Shown: piece after piece, positions 12,201 to 23,150 of the stretch
Layout: every line of letters begins with the position of its first letter
Position numbering within the stretch: position 1 is the stretch's first letter
NCBI GenBank assembly: GCA_032718475.1
Contig: JAUCBJ010003285.1
Coordinates: 1 to 32,112 of the forward strand
Source: Nemertoderma westbladi
Taxonomy: Eukaryota > Animalia > Xenacoelomorpha
Length of the DNA: 32,112 nucleotides
Direction of reading: 5' to 3'
Position numbers and translations under genes: made by a program
Notes under the pieces: model-generated
Database searches by the model: none
Seen by the model: only the letters and a program-made list of their open reading frames with translations
What the model was told of the DNA's origin: nothing

Positions 12201-13811
12201 AGCCAATCACTAGCGGTTTCATTAAATCAGATTTAGCCAATCACTAGCGGTTTCAATAAATCAGATTTAGCCAATCACTAGCGGTTTCATTAAATTAGAT
12301 TTAGCCAATCACTATAGCGGTTTCATTAAATCAGATTTAGCCAATCACTAGCGGTTTCATTAAATCAGATTTAGCCAATCACTAGCGGTTTCATTAAATC
12401 AGATTTAGCCAATCACTAGCGGTTTCATTAAATCAGATTTAGCCAATTACTAGCGGTTTCCATAAATCAGATTTAGCCAATCACTAGCGGTTTCATTAAA
12501 TCAGATTTAGCCAATCACTAGCGGTTTCATTAAATCAGATTTAGCCAATCACTAGCGGTTTCATTAAATCAGATTTAGCCAATCACTAGCGGTTTCAATA
12601 AATCAGATTTAGCCAATCACTAGCGGTTTCATTAAATCAGATTTAGCCAATCACTAGCGGTTTCAATAAATCATATTTAGCCAATCACTAGCGGTTTCAT
12701 TATATCAGATTTAGCCAATCACTAGCGGTTTCATTAAATTAGATTTAGCCAATCACTAGCGGTTTCATTAAATCAGATTTAGCCAATTACTAGCGGTTTC
12801 CATAAATCAGATTTAGCCAATCACTAGCGGTTTCAATAAATTAGATTTAGCCAATCACTAGTGGTTTCAATAAATCAGATTTAGCCAATCACTAGCGGTT
12901 TCAATAAATCAGATTTAGCCAATCACTAGCGGTTTCAATAAATCAGATTTAGCCAATCACTAGCGGTTTCAATAAATCAGATTTAGCCAATCACTAGCGG
13001 TTTCAATAAATCAGATTTAGCCAATCACTAGCGGTTTCAATAAATCAGATTTAGCCAATCACTAGCGGTTTCAATAAATCAGATTTAGCCAATCACTAGC
13101 GGTTTCAATAAATCAGATTTAGCCAATCACTAGCGGTTTCAATAAATCAGATTTAGCCAATTACTAGCGGTTTCATTAAATCAGATTTAGCCAATCACTA
13201 GCGGTTTCATTAAATCAGATTTAGCCAATCACTAGCGGTTTCAATAAATCAGATTTAGCCAATCACTAGCGGTTTCATTAAATTAGATTTAGCCAATCAC
13301 TATAGCGGTTTCATTAAATCAGATTTAGCCAATCACTAGCGGTTTCATTAAATCAGATTTAGCCAATCACTAGCGGTTTCATTAAATCAGATTTAGCCAA
13401 TCACTAGCGGTTTCAATAAATCAGATTTAGCCAATCACTAGCGGTTTCAATAAATCAGATTTAGCCAATTACTAGCGGTTTCATTAAATCAGATTTAGCC
13501 AATCACTAGCGGTTTCATTAAATCAGATTTAGCCAATCACTAGCGGTTGCAATAAATCAGATTTAGCCAATCACTAGTAACTTCATTAAATCAGATTTAG
13601 CCAATCACTAGCGGTTTCATTAAATTAGATTTATCCAATCACTAGCGGTTTCATTAAATCAGATTTAGCCAATCACTAGCGGTTTCATTAAATTAGATTT
13701 AGCCAATCACTAGCGGTTTCATTAAATCAGATTTAGCAAATCACTAGTAACTTCATTAAATCAGATTTAGCCAATCACTAGCGGTTTCATTAAATCAGAT
13801 TTAGCCAATCA
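9205..13811. repeat. 34-bp satellite, ~135 copies
   Basis: Unit AGCCAATCACTAGCGGTTTCA(T/A)TAAAT(C/T)AGATTT, period 34, no spacers. Confidence 0.98.
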
Positions 13812-14013
13812 TTTCGCCGTGAGGACCAGCCAGTGCATAATCTTGTACTTTGGCAGCCTCATGGAGTGAATAAGCATGGTGGACAGCCCATGACTTTCTT
13901 GAGACGCATCTTAAAGGACACTGGCCTTAAAGATGCGGATGATCTAGCAAATGTCATGGGTGATAGGGAGTTGTGGCGGTGCAATTTTGTCGATAAGTCG
14001 ACGATCCTAGTAG
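13812..14013 (+). mobile_element. ~200-bp 3' stub of an RTE-like non-LTR retrotransposon inserted in the last satellite unit
   Basis: The peptide FRREDQPVHNLVLWQPHG...GGQPMTF...LKDTGL...VMGDRELWR fits the RTE-type ORF C-terminus. It has a (TAG)n tail and a 10-bp TSD TAGCCAATCA at 13802-13811 and 14014-14023; the satellite unit resumes afterwards. Confidence 0.8.
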
Positions 14014-15073
14014 TAGCCAATCACTAGCGGTTTCAATAATAAAAATTGAATTCCATATACATATACGCTAATCGCGAGCGACCTCTATTTATTATTTGCA
14101 TTATTTTAATTAAATGAGGTGCGTTAACGCACGACAAGAAGTATAACATAGCACACTAAATACGAATAGTATTACACGCACCAATAATCACGTTTATCTG
14201 GTATTAATGAATGGCTCATATCAGCGCTATGCAAAGCATTCAAGAAATGCGAGATGTGAGAAGATATAATACTTAACAACGAACGTTATTCACCAACTGG
14301 ACAACATTGACTACAATAATATTATATCTAAAATAACAAACAAAAATAAAATTGATTATTGTTGGTGAGAAATATATTTAATACTCAAGCATGTGGAAAA
14401 AAACAGATCACAAGCAAAAAAATATGTCCTTTACATAATAAATTATATCTAAATAAAATATTATTTAGCATCGGAAGTAAAAACAAACTTAAATAGATAT
14501 TACAGAGCGGCAGATATCGACAGAATTATCTCTGAAGTTGATATCCGGATTTTTTGAAAACCAGTTGAAACTTATTTGGTTCGTCATCACATTGGAATAA
14601 CGATGTCCCGGACCCCCCCCCCCCCCACCCTCAGGGCACCTTTAATTCGGTCCAGAACCAACTGGTAGAATTATATTGATTTAGAAACTCCCCAATGGTG
14701 GGTAGAATATGCAACTTTCGCTGCGAGGTTAAAATCAACATCAACAAAACTATTTAAAAGTTGAACTATTTAAAAATCTTTGTTTACGTTTACTAACAAA
14801 AAACTCGCGAACCCGCCTACCTACAACAATAACAAGCAATAAATGGTAATTTTGACAAACGGAGCTAACAGATCCCAATAATCTGATATTGTAATTAGAT
14901 ATAAGATATAATACGATTTTAGACATATTCTATTCGATTTACACAAAGTACGTCTGCATTTCAGTATCAGGATCTCGTTTATATTCAACTTACTCGCTTA
15001 CACTCGTTCGTGGAAATATTATCCTAAAAATTCCAAAAAAATAAATCTGCAACCTGTTCTATTAACTATATTC

Positions 15074-15079
15074 TTTATT
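15074..15079 (-). promoter_or_regulatory. Candidate polyadenylation signal AATAAA of the FAAH-like gene
   Basis: TTTATT on the + strand about 245 nt past the stop codon. The hexamer is common in AT-rich DNA. Confidence 0.35.
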
Positions 15080-15322
15080 GAAATATAAAAATTCCTAGAA
15101 ATAAATTGATTTTCTTCAAATTATTTGAATCGAATGCAAAGGGGTATTCCGGTATCCTGGAAGACCTGCACTTGTGCACTATAAGAACGCTTATGTTTCA
15201 GGGTAAACTGCACAGGAAGAGAAAAGTAACTTAGAAATTAAATAATATAACAGAATAATATTGGGAGCTGAATGGTAAGGTCGTCGTCACTGTTAGAGAC
15301 AACCAGCTAGGTGAGTGACGGT

Positions 15323-15856
15323 CTAACTCATTAGGTCCACGTATATCGACGGTTTCTTCAACGGTAGACGTTGTTCTAGAACGTTAGCCACTTCCAGCAG
15401 GATCTCTTCGCGCCACCAAGCGGCCATCAGCTGAATCCCGATGGGGAGACCCCCGCCGTCGTAGAAACCGGGGATCACGATCCCGGGGAGACCGGTGAGG
15501 TTGCCTAGATACGCGTAGTGCATGTACCGGACCATGAGGCCCGCGTCGGAGAAACCGCAAGCGAGATGGCGATCGCTGATTGGGTAAGCGGTCGCCTTGG
15601 TCGCGGGCAGGAGGAGGCAGTCCACCGAGCGGAATATCTCCCGGAACTGTCGCATCGCGCGCGTTCGTTGTCGACACGCCTGTATGTAGTTGGTGGAGGA
15701 GATCCCCGCGAAGGATAGCACCGTGCAGACGGTCTCCGGGTTGAGATGGTGTCCCTCCTGCACCATTATCGAGCGGCCAGACACGTCGCTGCCAACCTCC
15801 GCCGATATTACACTCACGTGAGCCACTCGTGCCGCTTCTAACTCAGTGAGTTTAAC
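15323..15856 (-). CDS. FAAH: Exon 2 (177 aa + stop) of the FAAH-like amidase
   Basis: Acceptor TTTCAG|GTT at 15857/15856 is in frame with exon 1 (VKLTELEAARVAH...). It contains amidase C-terminal motifs VDCLLLPAT, GNLTGLPGIVIP and GLPIGIQLMAAWWREEILLEVA. Confidence 0.9.
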   Translation of the reverse strand, partial: VKLTELEAARVAHVSVISAEVGSDVSGRSIMVQEGHHLNPETVCTVLSFAGISSTNYIQACRQRTRAMRQFREIFRSVDCLLLPATKATAYPISDRHLACGFSDAGLMVRYMHYAYLGNLTGLPGIVIPGFYDGGGLPIGIQLMAAWWREEILLEVANVLEQRLPLKKPSIYVDLMS

Positions 15857-16419
15857 CTGAAAGTAAAATAATTACTGAAAAACAATTGAGTCTCAATTAT
15901 ATTATTAATTATTAATTAGTAAATATAATGCTTATTAGAATTATAATGCTATGCTTCATGCATTTGGAAATACAAAACCATTTTCGCTGAAATCACATGT
16001 ATTTTGAACCGAAATTCAGATGTTTCTACATATTTTGGATCCACCTAGGTCCACAAATAGTAAATTAATATTAATAAATGAATTGTTGTGGGATGAGATG
16101 AGTGACGGTGAATTGAGTATATAATGTAATAGGACATTATGTTGCGGCACTAGTTCAATCAAATACGATAAAAGCTGTAGAAATTTCGCACTGTTTGTTT
16201 GTCTTTAAGAAAGAGCCAACTCAGCGGTATAATGGAAACCTGGCTTTATTGGTGGGAATAATAATAATAAAAGCTCTTTGAGTTGGTATGCCGAGCGTAG
16301 AACGGCGCTAAATAAATAATTAATATTATCAGAATGATTAAATAGGTAGCAACTATTGGTGATTCATGGAAGAGACACGTTACACCAACCCAATACTAAA
16401 CCGGCCCTGTATTCCTTAC
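15857..16419 (-). other. 563-nt GT-AG spliceosomal intron of the FAAH-like gene
   Basis: GTAAGG donor and TTTCAG acceptor, AT-rich interior; removing it joins the two amidase ORFs in frame. Confidence 0.88.
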
Positions 16420-17952
16420 CTGATGGACAGTCCCGCCCAAATCGGTAACGTGTTGGACGACGGAGCGGAGGGCCGATCCGATATCGGGATCGGCGCCGCT
16501 CGTATAATCCCAATCGACGCCGACCCTAATCCCCTCGAGACGGGCGTCGGGAGCCAACCTGGGGAGTAACGGCTGTGGCTGCACCAACCCGGGATGGTAG
16601 ACGGGGTCCGGCCCAGCGCACAGCCCGTACACGATAGCCGCGTCCCGCACCGACGCGCAGATACAACCCCGACTGATGAACGTGTATGCCTTAACGTCGA
16701 CGCCGCTCACGCTGAACCTCCCGAAGGTCGGCTTCAACCCGACGACGCCGCACAGCGCGGCGGGGACACGGATGGAGCCGCCCCCGTCGCTGCCCAACGC
16801 GACCGGACACAGTCCACTCGCGACGGCGGCCGCCGACCCGCTAGAGGAACCCCCCGTGTAGAATCCCGGATCGTGGGGGTTCCGGGCCTGCTGCCGCGGG
16901 TTGCATCCGGTCACGCCCAGCCCGAGTTCATGCATCGAGGTCATCCCGAGGAAGAGCATCCCTGAGTCCCGCAGACGACGGACGATGAGTTCGTCTTCCG
17001 AGTTGGTCGCCCTTCCGAGGATGCTGGTCCCGCACCGACGACCGAACCCACGCACCGTTAACTCCTCTTTGAATGCCACGGGTACCCCGTCCACCACCGA
17101 TAACGGACAGTTGGACGCCCATCTCTCTGTGGATAACTTCGCCTCCAGTAAGATAGCGTCGACATCGAACTGAGAAATCGCCCCAATTACGGCTAAATCA
17201 CCCGTCTGTTCTTCGCCATAAAACCCTGGGCGGAGTTTCATAGCTGCGATGAACCTCTCAGCGACTGCTGAAGGTGTGGTTACACCGTTCCGGTAGGCAA
17301 ACGAATAATCGGATATGCTCCAATACCTAAAGGGAATATCAGAATCAGAAGAAAGTGACGAAGAATTTGTTGACCTAGGAATATCTTTAGGTGTATCATA
17401 ACTTACTGCAACCGGGGGGACTTCATTACGTAACTCAACTGTTGATGTTGCTGATGTTCTATTGCGGACAATAAATGATTCCTGGTTTGCTTTTGTATCC
17501 AAATTATTTACCGGAACTGAAATAGATGGAGGAATGGAATCAAGAATATTTGAACATATTAAGGAAGAAATATCACATAATGGTTTATCTTGTATCGCAG
17601 CTAGAGGACGGTCAATAACTGCCTCTATTGGATAAAATATGGGTATTTCATCAAGTTCCAAAGATTCCAAATATCCCCCATTCATAACATGTTTAACGGC
17701 GGGGAAAATAAACCAATCTCCCACCCATGTTGTCAGAAGCCATGCGATACAACGCAATGCATTACCATCTAGAGAAATAACTTTTATATCCTTCAAGTTT
17801 TGAGGGCTCTTTTGCAAACTTTTAAGGTTGCCATAAACTGAAAGTTTGTTCCACAATTGCTTAGACACAAACAAGAGAACCAAACCTCCAAAGAAATAAC
17901 AAGTGCCTAACATAAGTGATCTCGGAGTCATCAAACAAACAACCTCAGACAT
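16420..17952 (-). CDS. FAAH: Exon 1 (511 codons) of an amidase-signature enzyme, plant-type fatty acid amide hydrolase (FAAH)-like
   Basis: The long ORF carries the catalytic Lys in DGVPVAFKEE, the GGSSSGS motif and the nucleophile Ser in GSDGGGSIRVPAALCGVVGLKPTFGR. FRYWSISDYSFAYRNGVTTPSAVAERFI resembles the Arabidopsis-type FAAH segment. The exon ends at a phase-0 donor CAG|GTAAGG (16420/16419); the ORF-track tail VRNTGPV is intronic read-through. Confidence 0.9.
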
Positions 17953-17959
17953 TGCGATA

Positions 17960-18350
17960 TACTGACTGCTGGACTGGCTGATATATCCACTACAGCACTA
18001 CTGCACTATCTGACTATCCAATCCAGTTACAGAGTTATCCACATTTATAAACTAAGTGCTAAGTTACCGGCACGGCAAGACTACAAGACGAGCATTTTCA
18101 CCTCGGCCGGAATGCCGGACCCGGACAGCCGGACGCAATTCATTGTTAATTTGTAGAAATCACATACCGGAAGTCAACCGGTATTTGCAAATTGTCCTTT
18201 CGTCAATACGTTGCACTGGTTGTATACCGGTAAACAGTAGCCAGACAGCCAGGTAGCTGTATAGTGTATAGTTAAGCCTATTCCAGTATTCCGCCTATAT
18301 TGTGATATGCAGTAGCGATGCAGTACGCCAGTACGCGCCGAGTCAAGTCC
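17960..18350. promoter_or_regulatory. Probable 5' UTR/promoter region of the FAAH-like gene, with an ETS-type site ACCGGAAGT (18166-18174)
   Basis: CpG-richer stretch directly upstream of the ATG that contains a consensus ETS/GABP motif. Confidence 0.4.
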
Positions 18351-20709
18351 AAGGTACGAAGTTACGAAGGCTGTAGACCGCTAGCATAGGCTGCTAGGTC
18401 AGTAGGCGGTACAGTAATTACATTCATCAGTACATAGTATAGTAGGAGTAGTGGAGTCAGGGGAGTAGCCTACTGTAATGAACAAGGAAGAACGGGTCCA
18501 GTAGTACTATTAGTTGTAGGGTGCGTGTTGCTGCAGTTTGGTCCTCATCGGGTAGCAGAATGGACAAGCAGTTAAAGCACCCACAGCTGCATTCAAACTG
18601 AAACTCTTACAAGCCGAACTACAGGTACAGGCTGACCTGACAGGACTACAGTATAGCATACAGTTTAACTTGCATTGGTTTCGTTTGCGTAGATAATTTT
18701 CTCATTATCGTATTACACAGGTGCCAAACTCACACAACTTCAAACGCTCCCACATTTCATTGCAATTCTGTCGTTTGATTTCGGCATTGCATTTGTGTGT
18801 ACTAAAAAAACTTATGTGGGAAACTTTTTGAAAAACAGCGATAGAAAATTAATAGCAAAAATATAGACTTTATGCTGTTAATGATATACGGTATGGACAA
18901 AGATATTTTGTGTTTTAGGGCCTAGTATTTGGTAGTAGGCTTACTAGTCCGGCAGATATCTTTCACTGAACCTTGTATGAGAGTATAGTAAATGTTTTGG
19001 GTGATTTTGGTAGGAAATTTTATTGTGATCAATAATTCACTGATGCCCAGCTTGCATTATTGTGGATTTTGTGTAATTTGCAATTTAAAAATATTGTCTC
19101 CAGGAACGGGTTAAGACAATTCATCGATTGCTTTAATATATTTTAGTAAGAAATTTATTGTTGAAAATGAACAATTATCTGTAATGGTACATGTTTTTCC
19201 ATTACAATTAAACTTACATCACCTGAATCCCCATCTTATGGCGAAACAAGGAAATTACAGTAAGATTGAACTTGATGTATTGGTATGTTCGTATGTTATT
19301 CAATTCATTTAACTGTACACAACTTTATTATGGTTACGATATAGGGCCTACTTTTGTAATTTGAAACCGGGGTTTCTCCCACTGGAATTACATATGAAAT
19401 AATCATAGTGTCGGATGTTACAGTTGTTGTTGGACGTTGTTGAAAATCAATTACTAAAATCACGGCCTCTATACAGTATGTTAGCCTATTATTATTAGGC
19501 AGTGATTTTTTATGTCAATTTATTTGACTTTTTTTGTCACTTTTTTTTTACGAATTATGCATAATGACTTTTGTTGTCCATTTAATGACTTTTATTGTCA
19601 ATTTTTATGTATGTATTTCTTCAAACTGTCAGACTGCTGATTTCTAATTTAACTAATTTAACTTTTAACTAATTGAGGGAAAGGAGCAGGTTACAGAGAC
19701 GGGATTTTCTAACCAAAACAATAAACGATAACATTACCAATTGAGAGAAAGGAGCAGGTTACAGTACCGGTACCGGTACTAAAATACAGAATAACATTAG
19801 ACTTTTGGAGGACATAAAAAATCAAAAAAAATTGACAAAAAAAGGATAAAAATGGACAATAAAAATTATTGCGTTATTATTATTAATTTTAATCTCACCT
19901 GACACCTGATGTAACTGAGCAAATATAACGTAGGCCTAGACTAGGCCTATTCGGAATAAACCGCTAACAAAACTTTATCTCAGAAAATTATCTGCAGGGT
20001 CCGGCTTCAACTCGTTTAGGCCTACATAGCGATTATCCAATCAAAAGCATTTGCCCGCTTTCACCCAAATGTATTTGCCCGCATTTTCCCATCAGTATTT
20101 GCCAAGGCCAACTGTATTGTACTTGCCTTGACACCCACCATGCCCTCTCCTGTCCGTCAATCTAATACATAAGTTCCTGGTAGTACCAGGTAGTCTGGTA
20201 GTTAAGTGAACACGGATCAGCCTATTTAGTATGAAAAAGGCGGCAGTGTGCCGCCTTTTTTAAGTGTTGGTACGCAAAGAGTGTTAAACAAACTATGTCG
20301 CTATTGGATATTACCGGTAGTATATTTTTCGTTTTTATCTTTGGCGAGGTGACGGTTGAAATAATCGACAAATTCGTAGTTAATGCAAATCCATGTAGAT
20401 TTTGACAGATTTTAACAATTTATGAAATTTTACTAATTAAATCGGACCTGTTGCTTATTTTCGAAAGTTTTACTTTTTTATATCGTGTCTATTCCCTGTT
20501 GAATTGCCCAAACTTAATTCCTGTAAGTGGACAATGTATTATCAGCCGCTACTTCGGTGACTGCCTCAATGTGATAAATTGTAATTGCTCGAGATCCCGG
20601 AAGCAAAGGAAAATCAACAACTTTCATTACGAAATATGATGTAACTATATTTATAGCAAAACCACATTCAGATACAAACTTTGGGATTCTCAACTCAACT
20701 ATGTATATA

Positions 20710-21727
20710 GTCGAGTCAATCTAGCAAAAAACCCATAAGTATTTCGCAATCAATCCGAACCACACATTTTGGACTCTATATTACCTTATAAATGACCAAA
20801 AGAAAGTCTATAAAATTTTATTTTGCGGATCATACATATGTTTATTCATGGAAATTCTGCGTAAATTTCCATAAGACAAGCCAAACAAAAGTAACAGTAG
20901 GGAAGAGTAAGTAGCAAATTGGTGATGTTCCAGAATAATTTAATTAATTTCACTGTTAGCTGTGATTCTATGTGAAATTTGTAATATTTACACTGGCGTG
21001 TTACACATTTAATTGCTATATCTCGGTAACTAGAAGTCGCATCAAATTTTTAATTTAATTATATCAAAAACTTCACGATATATTAAGGTAAATTTTATTT
21101 AAAAAAAATTATACAATTCCACTGCAAGGAAATTTCATAATTTCCATTAATGTTAGCGAAAATTTTTCACATAATTAAATTGTGATTGCTCTATTAATTT
21201 TAGGTGTAATTTATTTATTTGTTTTAGTTTGAAAACCACAATAGTTTATCATACAGTATAACAAATATTTTTTTTGGGGATAAGGGTTTTTTAGGTCGAT
21301 ATATCCGATAGGCGAGGTTACAACATCCACCCGTTTAGTAGAGAAGTTATGTAAATAAGGTCCTTATTGTACCAGCAAAATTGGTATAACAAATGGATAT
21401 ATTATTAGACAAATTTCCGTTGCTATGGAAACTAAATTGGTAACTACTGTATATAGAAGTGCATACTTCAGGCAATCGATAGTCATTAGAGTAAAGTTTG
21501 TCTGAACCAATTTTGGAGAAAATCCCACCAATAGACCCATTGTTGATATGTAAAATCCATGTTGCTAAGGAAAGAAAACAGGAAATTGAAGGTGATCCGC
21601 ATAATATATTTTTATAGACTTTGTTTGGGGGTATTAACAAGGTAATGTAGAATAAAAAAAAAATTGGTTTGGATGAATTGCGAATTTGTTATGGGTTGAC
21701 CCCCTTTTTCGGTAAGATTGACTCGCC
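20710..21727. mobile_element. ~1-kb non-autonomous DNA transposon with long imperfect TIRs (~120-135 bp)
   Basis: 20710-20831 (G.CGAGTCAATCT...ACCCATAA...TTCGCAAT...ATTACCTT...AAAGTCTATAAAA...TGCGGATC) is the reverse complement of ~21595-21727. Both ends are flanked by TA, and there is no transposase ORF. Confidence 0.75.
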
Positions 21728-22611
21728 TAATAAGGCCATTGCCATAGCCTAGTCGATTGGGGTTGATTAGAAATTACAGTTACCATGGCAACCAGGCTAA
21801 ACAGACGTTCAAATAACGATAATTTGAAGGACAAGGTTAAGCTATTATGAATTGGTACCAACTCGTACCCCCACTAAATCACATATTCTGCATCTGAATT
21901 ACATTGTTCTATTTTTCAGTTTCCATGATAACCACATCAAACCTGACTCTTTGATACAAAAATCGTTAATTTGTAGCTTAGATAATTTATGCAATAAAAT
22001 TTTCTGCAACTTTGTTAAGCGATAAATAAAATATACCAAAGCTTGACCTTTTATAAACTCAAAACGTTCCAGAACACTTAGTTGCCATGGTAATATGAGT
22101 TGATTCGCCAGTCTATATAATTCAAGTCTTCTACTGTATATTACTGCAAAAGCACACTAGATACCGTACTACCGGTAACTTTTCGTTTCTAAAATCAACA
22201 ATAAGGTCCAAAGTCAAGTTTATTCAGGTTAATTATAAAATTAAATTACCATGGAAACCAGGCTAAATTGATGTTCAAAAATATAAATTTATAATGTGGA
22301 GCACAAGCTTAGGGAGTTACGACTATGGACCAACTCCTTTTAAATTTTTGGTTTGGAAGAAGTTTTAGTCTGAGTTGGAATCTTCCGATATTGACAGGGC
22401 TCCCGAACAACTATGGTCTGTACAATAACATATTTTTCAACTTTCCTGCTGATATTACTTTCTTTAGATTACCGTAGTTGGTTGGTAATTTCTCATCCAT
22501 TTATCACATTATTATTTATTAATTCTCCCAAGGTCTTCGAAATGTTGCTTTAGTTCCTCCTCTACTAAATTATTATACGTTTCTTTGGGTACAACTTTGC
22601 AAATTCGTCAA

Positions 22612-22685
22612 TGACGTCCAGGTGGGATCGAATTGGTGACCTCCAGGTTCGAAGTCTGTCGCTCTAACTACCCCGGTTGTGGCTC
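22612..22685 (-). mobile_element. Degenerate tRNA-derived (Arg-TCG-like) SINE head or tRNA pseudogene
   Basis: The minus strand reads GGTAGTTAGAGCGACAGACTTCGAACCTGGAGGTCACCAATTCGATCCCACC, with anticodon-arm and B-box-like remnants but broken stems. Confidence 0.45.
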
Positions 22686-23150
22686 AGATAAAAGGTAAAC
22701 CCTCAATTTACGAGGGATAACGGTAACTACTTCTACTGCTGTACTACTAGCTCAAACTATTCAGATAGGACTCTTGAAGCATGGAAGGGACTAAGGGAAG
22801 AAGGAAACTGACGACCCAGCGCAAAATATTTCGAAATAACATTAAGATTAGCGCGGTAGTCGCAGAAGGAATATTTATATATTCTATCATAGATTTACAA
22901 ATAGTATATTTTATAATTTTTCTCATATTTCACAATCAATTTCTAAATACCCAGTAAATTAAATGGAAACATGATAAATAAATTATAATTTATCAACCAA
23001 ATATGTGACTGTTAAATAATGGATGGTATGATTGCACCAAAGCCAAGGTGATTTTTATGATAACAGTAAATTTTGATCATATTATATCCACAAGGAGGGT
23101 ACAATAATACACACACACTTTAACTAACATCTCACAAAAGGGTTTCAAAG

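Noticed and set aside
9205-13811. CRISPR array (34-35-bp repeats here and at 23151-24529)
   Set aside because: The units are directly head-to-tail with no unique spacers, there are no cas genes, and the context is eukaryotic.
15384-17173. Alternative-frame and antisense ORFs overlapping the amidase gene
   Set aside because: By-products of GC-rich coding sequence with few stop codons; no recognisable motifs.
20234-20261. Bacterial rho-independent terminator indicating contamination or a bacterial insert
   Set aside because: There is no adjacent bacterial-style gene, and the surroundings are eukaryotic repeats.
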